From positions 2,046,001 through 2,110,000 of the forward strand of contig OX337235.1 of the NCBI GenBank assembly GCA_946965045.2: a stretch of 64,000 nucleotides of DNA, given 5' to 3'. The translations under genes were made by a program, and so were the position numbers. Shown here piece after piece: positions 9,512-19,080 of this stretch; the stretch's first letter is position 1; the number at the start of each line of letters is the position of its first letter. The stretch comes from Epithemia pelagica (Eukaryota; Protista; Bacillariophyta). Below the pieces are notes generated by a model, which saw only the letters and a list, made by a program, of their open reading frames with translations, was not told the origin of the DNA and ran no database searches.

Positions 9512-10662
9512 CCCTCCGACTAGATGTCCGCTTCTTAGCCCCCCAGCCGCTCTCCGCGACCAACCATTTTTATTTTGGTTTTTTTGCGTTTTAGAACAAA
9601 ATTTCTGGTCAAAATGAAAAAGACCACGCCGGCCTTCTGGATCACCCTTTCAAAATTTTGTGAGCAGGCGTGCGCAATTTGACCGTTGGTCTTCCCCATT
9701 CTTGATTGTCCCACATTCATTATTTTCACCACGCACCTTTTGACATGGACAATGGACATGCACCATCACAATGCATTCTCCATCATCTGCACACCATGGA
9801 CATTTGACATATAGACCATAGATAGTGTTTTGCTCTACCGCCATCCTTTCTTTGTTTTTTTAGGAGAAGTGTGGTTGTTTCTAGTGTTTGTGTCCGTTTA
9901 AAAGTGGACCCTCCTCCACAACACCGTGCCGTTGCCGTAGGCTTGTCTCTTTGCAACCACATACAGTCCTATTTTAGAATACGTCTCTTTCTAGTTGCGT
10001 TATGGAGCATATAGAGTGTAGAGTCCCCTGCACTGCTGGGAAAGACAAGTCATGCTCATGGCAACAAGAAAAGAACAACAGGAGCAGGTCGACATCACAA
10101 TCCACTAAAGACCCAAACTGAGCGACAGCAGAGGAAAAATGGATGGCTTCCTCCACTTATCCTACCTACTCCTAATTGAGGTCTATAGCTCTATTTTGTC
10201 CTATAAGAATCCTACAAATGATGCCAGCAGCCCCACATGGCATCGACCAAAATGGATGTTACATGGCACAAACAAATGACACACTATGGCAACTGGCAAC
10301 GTAGTGAGAGCCTACAACTAAACATTGTCCATTCCAATGCAAGTATTAGCCATTCCAGAACTTACCATGATGGATGTGCAGTGACAAAGATGAGATGAGA
10401 TGGCCAGGGACGAAGCATGCCGTTTTTGGTGTTGGTTTGGTCATTGCCTCGTTTTGTTGCCTGCATCGATTTTGTGACCCGTTAACTCACTGAGAACACT
10501 ATTTTGAGTCTTGTTGAGCAGAACGCCTGCCATCTTCCAACTGTCACATCACGCCAGCCTTTCCACCGATGGATGTGAAATTTCCATTCATTTTTTTGTC
10601 TGTGAGATTGGGTTTGTCTTGCCCGAACAGACGAGCTAAGAAGCGGACATCTAGTCGGAGGG
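9512..10662. mobile_element. Non-autonomous TIR element (MITE-like), 1151 bp
   Basis: Perfect 28-bp terminal inverted repeats: ccctccgactagatgtccgcttcttagc (9512-9539) and its reverse complement (10635-10662). No long ORF inside and no clear TSD (flanks ggaa|...|atat). Confidence 0.85.
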
Positions 10663-10734
10663 ATATTTATCAATGAGCAAGTGAGTCAGGAACGACGAGG
10701 ATTGCGATGTGAGGAAAAGTGAGGATTAAGTACC
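10663..10734 (+). repeat. Split direct repeat B2 (right end of the YR element)
   Basis: atatttatcaatgagcaag...aagtacc, matches 9290-9361 with one mismatch. Confidence 0.95.
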
Positions 10735-10750
10735 ATGTGAGGGATGAGGG

Positions 10751-10900
10751 GCAATTCATCTTAGTTTTTTACTTCGGGAAAATGTATAGAGTGAATCTCG
10801 TTGGGCCGAAATTCCCTCTTAAGTTGAAAGTTTATCCGAAAGTCTGTCATGAAAGTCTGTCATGAAAGTCTGTCATTTCACTCCCCTCCGAGACCAGTGG
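10751..10900. repeat. Dispersed repeat fragment with a 13-bp tandem array (gaaagtctgtcat)x3
   Basis: Three copies at 10838-10876. gcaattcatcttag (10751-10764) and gagaccagtgg (10890-10900) recur at 63439-63452 and 63457-63467. Confidence 0.65.
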
Positions 10901-11578
10901 TCTGACCACGTATTTGTATTTGGCATTTGGCACGACCCTCTTCTCTTCTCGGGTTGGCCTTGGCGTCGATCTTCCATCTACAACTTGTAGATTGTATCTT
11001 GCGTATGTGCGACAAATGACAAAGAAAGAATTCCGAGAATCTCCAAACGCCATCGATTCTTCCTTCTTCTCACTGAAAAATGAACTGGACTGACACGAAA
11101 TTGTCTACCACCATAGGTCGTACTCCTAGTTCGTTGTAGGTTGTAGGAGTAGGAAGTACGAAATGAGGTGGAAGTTCAGTCCAGGATTACAGGCTAGCCA
11201 GTTCCCAAATACCAAATATAAATTTTTACGTTGAGATATGAGATATCTGGCTCATTGATAGGAGTGTGATTAAGATGCTCGTATTGTTCATATGATTGGT
11301 TGGATCCATCAGCTTGACGATCTCAATTTCCATAGCCCTTCAATAGCACGAGACAACTTCTACCTATAGTCGCAGAGACCATGTCAAAGTACCGACGTTT
11401 CTTATGCATGCTCCTTCAAACAACTTTTTCGATAAAATGCTAGTCTCATCCCCCACGTTCGTTGTTGTCTTCTCTAAACCATTAGAACAATGGGTTTGCG
11501 TGGATTTTCGAGATGGCAAATGTATCACAGAACTATCGTAACATGTTCTCTCTATTTGTTTCCTTCTAAATAGTCGCA

Positions 11579-13853
11579 CTATAGTTCCATCTTTACGCTT
11601 TCACGGGCAAATTGCTGCCGTTGTACCTGAGCCTGAACATCGTTGTACACATTGTATTCCTCTGCAGTGGTAGGAGACGAAGAAGACTGGCCCGTCTCGT
11701 CATTACCAAGGAGTTCCGCCAAGAGTTCGGCCTCCAAGTCGTCCTGTTCTGTTCCAAATCCATGTTCCGATAGATACCGTTCGGCATCGAGGGCGGCCGC
11801 CGCGCCACTCCCGGCACTGGTAATGGCTTGTCGGTACACGGCATCCGCCACATCCCCGGCGGCAAACAATCCAGGTACACTTGTGGCCGTACTGCCTTCA
11901 TACGTGGCAATGTAACCGGGATGCACATGTTGAAACTCAACGACACCTTTTAAAAAGGATGTGGTTGGAGTGTGACCAATTGCCACAAAAACTGCCTGGC
12001 ATTCAAGGACTTCTCGCGCCTTGGTTGTCACGTCCTCCAAGACCGCACCCTTCACAACTTTCGATTTCGGGGTATCCAAATCTTCGACAGCGTCGTCATT
12101 CTGCTGTTTGCTACCCTCGTCCGAAGTAGATTCCACTTCCTGTCCCAAAATCTCTTGTACCGTGGTGTTCCATCGCACCTCGATATTGGGGTGGTCCAAA
12201 ACTCGGTCGGCCAACACTTTGGACGCTCGAAAGGAATCTCTTCGGTGTACCAATGTTACCTTGTCGGAGGTTCGCGCCAGGACCAAGGCATCTTCCATGG
12301 CCGCATCGCCTCCACCCACCACCACGACGTGCTGTTTGGCGTACAAAAATCCATCACAGGTGGCACAGGAACTCACTCCACCCCCACGCATCTCATATTC
12401 ACCCGGTACCTGCAACCAATTGGCTTCGGCGCCCGTCGCAACAATGACCGTATGGGCCTCAATCGTCCCCGTCGCATTCGTCACGACTTGAAGGGGCTGT
12501 CCAGGAATAATTTTCACCGCCACATCATCTTCTACCGTGGCTCCAAAATGCAAGGCTTGGTGTCGCATATCCGCCACCAAGGCTGGACCGGTAGTTCCTA
12601 AAGACACACCAGGATAGTTTTCCACTTCAACACCCTTACCCTGTAATTGTCCACCCATAGAAGGAGAGAGTACAAGGGGTTTCAAGCCTGCTCGTGCGCC
12701 ATAAATGGCAGCCGCCCAGCCAGCTGGACCTCCTCCCACTACCACGAGTTTTTCTGGGTATCCAGAAGGTGTCCAAGAATGGAAATCGGGGTCGGCCTCC
12801 TCTTCGAGAGGATCTTCGTTTTCCACCTGAGCATCGCGCTCTTCATCGAGACGTCGCTCCAGTTCAGCTTCCAACTCCTCTTTGGACGCCATGTGCAAGT
12901 TAGGACCCGTAGGAGTTTTGGTGGACGACGTCTTTGGTTTTCCTGATGCGTCGCCACTGTCATTGTTTTTGTTGTTGCTGGTACTGTCATTACTGTTTTT
13001 GGGTTTGCGATCGTCGTCGGAAAATCGCGGCACGAGTTTGGGAGCACTCTTGTACTTTTTCTTGAGTCGTCGAGCGAGTTGATTGGCGGGTGCTCCTACG
13101 CACTCCTGGATATTTCTGGACGAGGCCATGTCGACGCACTTTTTGTGTACCGTCTGAATGTCCTCCACCGCTTTGGAAGCGTCGACCGACGCATAATAGG
13201 TCGTCAGGGCATCCATGCTCAACATGACATTTTCCGCCTCGGCTTGGCGGACCATGGAGTCCACTTCTTGAATCAAGCCTCCTTCACCAATGCCTCCGAC
13301 CGCCTGATGTACCTTTTTGCCACCCAAAAAGAACTGAAAGGTGGGCAAGGATCGAATCTGATATCGTCCACTCAATTCGTGCTGGGCGTTGGTGTCAACC
13401 TTGACAAAGACGGCCGTGTCCAAATACTTTTTGGCCACCTTTTGAAAAATGGGAGCCATCATACGACAGGGACCACAGGAATCCGAATAGAAATCGACAA
13501 TGACTGGAAGACCCGTTTCTTCACTGTGCTTCGACAAGAGTCGTTCAAATTCTACATCCATCGTTTCGTTTCGTTATTGTCGCCAACATTTCCATGAGAA
13601 AATTCAAACAAACACGTCACAAGAGCGATACACAATGCAAGGTTTTTGGACCAGGCATTCATCCTTTGGAGCCGTCATGACGGACCATGGCAATGCACAG
13701 TACTTTCAGGTCGACAAGTTTCATTCGTTCCCACTTACCATGTGTCGATCGAATGTTTCGTACCAATGGCCGAGCCCCAGACAGCCAAGGCAAGACGAGA
13801 AGGAGCATCCATCGTGTGGTCCAACGCGTCATTGTCGTCGTCGTCATGGTCAC
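11579..13853 (-). CDS. Signal-peptide-bearing thioredoxin / NADPH-thioredoxin reductase fusion (Trx N-terminal), 2 exons
   Basis: Exon 1 13853-13739 (MTMTTTTMTRWTTRWMLLLVLPWLSGARPLVRNIRSTH), GT-AG intron 13738-13552, exon 2 13551-11579. Trx site SCGPC. NTR motifs GGGPAG, CATCDG, GGGDAAMEDA, HRRDSFRA and FAAGDVAD..YRQAITSAGSG. Confidence 0.9.
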
Positions 13854-14107
13854 ACGAGAAAGGAGTTTGGGTTTCTGTTTTGCGCCTTTGTCTCAAAAAA
13901 GTCTCGCTCACAAAAAAGGCGATGACGAGGAGGATGACTGCTCTCCCAGATTCGCCACGTGGACGATGTCTGACCGTCGACCCTTTCCACGAGAAACCGG
14001 GACTGGAGATGGGGGTGCGTTTTCGTTCTCTTCAACGCGCGACAACGACCGCCAAGATCAAACCGGGAAACGAACAACCCACGATTGAGATTTCCTTACC
14101 CCCATAA

Positions 14108-14923
14108 ATGAGAACCGAAACACTAAAATCAACTCTCGTACACAGAACAATTGAACAAGAGAGCGTGTCATACAATCCGATGCAGCCTGACGAAATAATG
14201 GTGAATGGTCCAGTTTTGATGGACGCAAATCAATCGGCGCAACAACGGAGGCAATCGGCGCCCCATTTGGTGGAGGAGGAGGAGGGCGACGACGACCGAG
14301 GACGACACCGTGATTACGGCGAGGACTCGCATCCGTTGTGGTACACCAAGAATCGTTACACCAAGAATCGTAACTACATGGAAGAGACAAGGACATGTCT
14401 GGTCGGTACTCCATCCAAACCACCAGACCAACCAACTAAACACACGACGGTGATTCCTCCGCTTGGAAACGTACAACAAGCCTTGAACGATCCGACTCTG
14501 TTACAGGAGATTCTGACCAAAGCAAAGAATATCAAGCAATCGTTTCTTCGGAGCAATGGAGATGTGGGAGACAATGACATGAAACAGACCCACTTGACAA
14601 ACAGCCACAACCGACCGTCGGTCGCAGCAACGAAGCATTCGAGGCCCGTTTGTCATTCCCCAATAGCGACTCCAACCACGGGCAGTGTGTCGTCACCCAT
14701 TCTCCACAACAGCAGTCCTCCTCATGTCGTGTCACCCACGAGAGACAACAATCACCACGGCCGACGGCATGCGAGACGTTCTTCTCCACATCATCATCAT
14801 TCGAATCATTCGAATCATTCGTATCCCCATCGGCATGCTCACAAGGCTCGAACCACATGTCCCAAAAAATGGAGACGCATGATTCGGACACATCGTCTAC
14901 GGTCCATTGCCTTGGATTCGTAA
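14108..14923 (+). CDS. Hypothetical low-complexity protein (His/Ser-rich C-terminus)
   Basis: 271-aa ATG ORF divergent from the Trx-NTR gene; no recognisable domain. Confidence 0.45.
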   Translation: MRTETLKSTLVHRTIEQESVSYNPMQPDEIMVNGPVLMDANQSAQQRRQSAPHLVEEEEGDDDRGRHRDYGEDSHPLWYTKNRYTKNRNYMEETRTCLVGTPSKPPDQPTKHTTVIPPLGNVQQALNDPTLLQEILTKAKNIKQSFLRSNGDVGDNDMKQTHLTNSHNRPSVAATKHSRPVCHSPIATPTTGSVSSPILHNSSPPHVVSPTRDNNHHGRRHARRSSPHHHHSNHSNHSYPHRHAHKARTTCPKKWRRMIRTHRLRSIALDS

Positions 14924-15388
14924 ACAGATGTGAGTTGAGAGGGGAGACACTGTGTATCACTATACCCATGAACAACACTTTTGGATTCATAGAAATACTG
15001 CGAAACTTTATATACCTAGAAAAGCGATAGATCTCAGCTTGTCCTGCTAGTTTACACGGAAAAGTTGGGGAACTGCACATGATTTACTTCCATATGATTG
15101 TATGATCAACAGCATGTATGAGTGACCCTGTTGAGACAAGAAGGTTCAATTCATAGAGACCCGCGATACCATGGCATGTAGATGTAGGACGGATAACAGA
15201 ATGGATTGCATATGCACTCTGTAGGATTTGGTGAAAGTGTCATCGATGCAACAAATGATCCAAACCTGAAGTTTTTATGGAACGAATGAACGCGCAGTAC
15301 CATGGCTTGAACTGAGCCACTCAAACACTGGCATGTTGAGGCCGCCTGAACAATGTCGCCGTACGCGCTTCTTTATGTGGTCGGGAGG

Positions 15389-16357
15389 CTAGAGTTGACC
15401 CAATTTCCGCAGTGCGTCCCGTGTATGAGTACAGGAAGCCGTGAGGCTCGTTCCACCACTCGAGGAACGCAACAAACAGTCTTGGTTCTCCGCCGTTTGG
15501 TTCTGTTGCTTTGTGGATGCCGACGAAGATGTTTCTGTCGATTCGTCGTGCTGTTGGAATCGTTGACAAAGAGATTCAATGTCTTGTTGTTCATCCATAT
15601 CTTGCATCAATCGTCCGAGTCGCACCGTTGCCTTGGCGTCGGTCAAGGCTTTGAGTTGGGCCACGGCCGTCAAGGACGTGGACCACCGACTACTGGAGGA
15701 CTCGGACGACGACAAGGGCAAAAACACGCCGTGTGCGTTCACGTGTGCGGGAACCGACAACAGGCCATAGCCTCCATCCAGGGCCGGACACAACAAGGCT
15801 TGATCGGGGTTGGTCAAGGCCGATGCGACTTCGTCCAAGGGTACTTCGGGCGAATCCATGCCAAGAAAAATGACGGGACCGCCCTTGTTGTTGTCGTCGT
15901 TTCGTCGACCACGTGTTTCCACCAAGGCATGCGTCAATTTTTGGCCCAAATCCGAGGATTGCAGATTGTTGGGTCCATCTTCTTCTAGCATGGGAATAGT
16001 GGTCCATTGGTCATGGAGACCAAGTTCTTCCAAGATTTGATCCATACTGTCCTTTCTGGCCGACGGTGCAAACAAAAGGATCCGGTCCACATTTGGAAAC
16101 TCCACCGGATTCTGGTACCAGGAGAAGCAGTTTGAGAGCACAAACGCATGGCGCAGTCGTTCGAGGCTGAGTGCACGTACCACATGGTGGGGTGTCGTGG
16201 AGAGTCCCATGAGAACGTCACACAGCATGGCTTTGGCAAGGTCGGCTGCACCCGTTTCCCCCAACCATGGTGCCAATCTCGTTTTACTTTTTCCTGGAAT
16301 GGGACATTTGGCAACCACCACAATGGATCCGGAAGCAGTGATGATGGAGGGTGCCAT
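15389..16357 (-). CDS. DUF2064 / TIGR04282-family nucleotidyl/glycosyltransferase-like protein, 2 exons
   Basis: VAKCPIPGKSKTRL, FLGMDSPEV, LCPALDGGYGLL and DMDEQQDI. An in-frame 69-nt GT-AG intron at 16180-16112 is predicted. Confidence 0.8.
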   Translation of the reverse strand: MAPSIITASGSIVVVAKCPIPGKSKTRLAPWLGETGAADLAKAMLCDVLMGLSTTPHHVVRALSLERLRHAFVLSNCFSWYQNPVEFPNVDRILLFAPSARKDSMDQILEELGLHDQWTTIPMLEEDGPNNLQSSDLGQKLTHALVETRGRRNDDNNKGGPVIFLGMDSPEVPLDEVASALTNPDQALLCPALDGGYGLLSVPAHVNAHGVFLPLSSSESSSSRWSTSLTAVAQLKALTDAKATVRLGRLMQDMDEQQDIESLCQRFQQHDESTETSSSASTKQQNQTAENQDCLLRSSSGGTSLTASCTHTRDALRKLGQL

Positions 16358-16594
16358 CTTCTATCTCTAGTTCCAAGATTCGGCCATGGTCGTTCCACAT
16401 TCGAACTCCGAAGTGACAGCGAAGGTGCAGCGATCCCGATGCGCATCCGGGGCCGACAAGCCCCCAACTGGGGCTATTGGGGTGCGAAGGCGGCGAGGGG
16501 AGTTTGGGGGACTTCCATAAACAGAATGGTTGGCATGCTTCGCGCAAGTCTCCACTCCTTGAATAGCCCTTGAATATCTCATGTACACCATTAT

Positions 16595-16690
16595 CCGTTC
16601 TCGTGTTAAATGAAGGAGGGCGTTTTGATCCGTTGATAAATTAAAACGGTTATTGAGGGTTATTAACGGATCTCAGCGGTTAGAACCGTC
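16595..16690. promoter_or_regulatory. Cluster of AACGG (MYB/MSA-like) cores in a divergent promoter, partly forming an inverted repeat
   Basis: AACGG/CCGTT at 16595, 16630, 16645 and 16665, plus the variants agcggtta and aaccgtc. 13-bp inverted repeat at 16627-16639 / 16660-16672 with 1 mismatch. Confidence 0.4.
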
Positions 16691-16939
16691 TAAATCATCT
16701 CATCCAGATTTTCTAAACATTCCTCCACATCGGTACGTTGATGCGTTGAATCGCTCACAATTTCAGTTGGGAACCAGTTTGGTTCGCAAACAATCAAAGT
16801 TGCGATGAGATGTGTTGTCGCTACATTTTCCAAAGCATCTCGTTGTCATCGATTCTCCATCACCAAGCAAGAAGCCGGCGGAACTAGTGCTCCCAGTTGA
16901 CTAAGAACCTGTTTCGTTGCATCTTGACCAGCATTGACC

Positions 16940-18280
16940 ATGGCAATTATTCAACGAAAGCGAAGCGACGGTGAACTCAACTGGCCGACGGCGAGGCGGC
17001 CTCTCAAGATGAACAGTGAACAAGCCATTTCCTATGATTCACCGTCATCAAGCCCCGTGGACAGCAAATGTATTATACGAAGAAAAAGCAGTGAGAGATC
17101 CGTCGAAATTGGAAGTCCCGACTATTCTTCTCTCTATGCGTCTGACACTGTCATTGCATCGTCTAAATCAAGAATGCAACGACGTCCAACCTATTCCTTT
17201 GAAAAGACGGAGCGTGTGCAGAAAATGGTATGGCGAGCCATTTACTTGGTCGTCATCCTCATGTGGATTGGTGGTTATCGACACTATCATTCTACCACTA
17301 CCATTTATCAAGACTTGTTGGCTATCTTGGAGAATGACACGGAACAACTTCAAGAATCGAAGGAGCATATGCAGATTTTGGAAAATCAGCTCGACGAGCT
17401 GCAATTTCGACTGGATCGAATGACTCAGATCAATGACTCCTTCCGACATGAACTTCGGATGATCGAAGAAATGGTCTCTGAAGAAGTGGACATGAAACTA
17501 TCGGAAAACGACGCTGCCGAATCCAGCACCATGTCAAGATGGATCCGTCAACGCGAGCTAGGATTGAGACGTCGAATTTATCTCTTGAAAGCACAAGTGC
17601 AAGAGCAAAGTATGAGAACAGTGATCGAAAAGTATGGACCCGGCCCATACGAGGTCAAGTTCACTGTCAGTGTTCTCATGAGCTCGCAGCCAAATGGATT
17701 TGGTTCCGTGTTTCCTCAACACAAGAGTGCCTTTATGCAAAATCGCGCCACGCGCGTCAAGAAAAGCTTTGTGGTGGAACTTGCTCCTATCGACGTCATG
17801 CCACATGCAGTCCACTTCTTTTTGGACCTTGTGGAAAACAAACTGTGGGATGATACGGTATTTTTACACAATGATGAGAGTGAGCACGTCATGGCCGCGG
17901 CACCCTTGGACTACGTCACACATAATCTCAAAATGGATCGCATCAATGCTCTCGACTTTAGATCGTTGAGCTTTCCGGAATACTCTCCCCGATACCCACA
18001 CAAGGAGTACACTGTTGGCTTTGCGCACAAGGGGCCAACCATTTACGTCAATACCATGGACAACACGGAACATCATGGTCCTGGCTCACAAGAACATCAC
18101 TTGTTCCCAGAAGATGCCGATCCCTGCTTTGGAACCGTGACTCGAGGACGAGAAGTGATTGATCTCCTAATGAGCAATGGTATCCAAGGGGAGAATCGGC
18201 TGAATCCCAGGGCATCTCATCCTTGGAAGGATCAAGAGGACATGTTTTGGACTCGCATTGTTTCGGTTGAGATCCTGTAA
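16940..18280 (+). CDS. Type II membrane protein with coiled coil and divergent cyclophilin-like domain
   Basis: TM segment (AIYLVVILMWIGGY), then a coiled coil, then KYGPGPYEVKF, VELAPIDVMPHAVHFFL, TVGFAHKGPTIYVN and ADPCFGTV. Confidence 0.75.
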   Translation: MAIIQRKRSDGELNWPTARRPLKMNSEQAISYDSPSSSPVDSKCIIRRKSSERSVEIGSPDYSSLYASDTVIASSKSRMQRRPTYSFEKTERVQKMVWRAIYLVVILMWIGGYRHYHSTTTIYQDLLAILENDTEQLQESKEHMQILENQLDELQFRLDRMTQINDSFRHELRMIEEMVSEEVDMKLSENDAAESSTMSRWIRQRELGLRRRIYLLKAQVQEQSMRTVIEKYGPGPYEVKFTVSVLMSSQPNGFGSVFPQHKSAFMQNRATRVKKSFVVELAPIDVMPHAVHFFLDLVENKLWDDTVFLHNDESEHVMAAAPLDYVTHNLKMDRINALDFRSLSFPEYSPRYPHKEYTVGFAHKGPTIYVNTMDNTEHHGPGSQEHHLFPEDADPCFGTVTRGREVIDLLMSNGIQGENRLNPRASHPWKDQEDMFWTRIVSVEIL

Positions 18281-19080
18281 CAACAAAACACAATCCACTT
18301 CTCCGCGACGACACGAGATTGTCCATATAATATAATTTTCGGTCCCCTGTTTTCCATCAAGCGCCATGTAAATATTTGAGAGAGCAGGTTGCTACAGGGG
18401 ATCTGTTCCTGTACCCTATAAAATGAAAGGGAAAAGGCATAAGAATGATACATCCTTCAATCCACGGCGGAACAAACGTGATCCATCAGGACCGCGTTGT
18501 TCCTGTTTCTTCGTTGATGCTACTTTCGAGGCTTTATAACGGCACCGGCAGTAATCTATGCATAATTTTAAATGCATAACGAGTTGCAGGTGTCGTATGC
18601 AGTCGTTGTACCTAGTACATGTACAACTAAAATAATAGTTCAGCATAGTTCATAATAAACGAAACGACTGACGGTAGCATGATGGCTCTTAGGTGCGACA
18701 AGCGTGCATGGTAAAGAGTGTTGATACGATGCATGCCGTAGAACTAACTAATACAATACTCGTGTGGCGCACATGATAGTTAGTCAGTAGTCCGTCAATT
18801 GACGCCATTGATACGTGACCTTAGCTTTTAGGTGTACAGATGCAAAGATATGTAACGTCAGGAGTTCTTCTAAAATGATCGCAGCGTGGTTTCTCTAATC
18901 TACCTGAATTCTGCCACTGACACTTTCTAAGTGCCACTTATCAACTCTTCTCTGAATAGCGTTCCGTAATTATCCAGGCCAACAACGACGAAACGCGCAA
19001 TGAATCGACAAGGTCGGTCTCCACGAGTTTCGTCCGTGTGAAAAACGATGCAAGTAGTCCAATGAATGGGGACCACCTAC

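Larger units (their letters stand above)
1062..10734 (+). mobile_element. Tyrosine-recombinase retrotransposon (DIRS order, Ngaro/PAT-like) with split direct repeats A1...B1A2-[insert]-B2
   Basis: A1 1062-1213 matches A2 9360-9511 (152 bp, 1 mismatch). B1 9290-9361 matches B2 10663-10734 (72 bp, 1 mismatch). The gag, RT/RNaseH and YR ORFs lie between them in that order. No target-site duplication. Confidence 0.93.

Noticed and set aside
9512-10662. Assignment of the TIR insert to piggyBac
   Set aside because: The ends start with CCCT, but neither flank is TTAA and there is no 4-bp duplication.
10976-10992. atctaca-act-tgtagat hairpin resembling a Cas12a repeat stem
   Set aside because: Single copy, no spacers, no cas genes, eukaryotic context.
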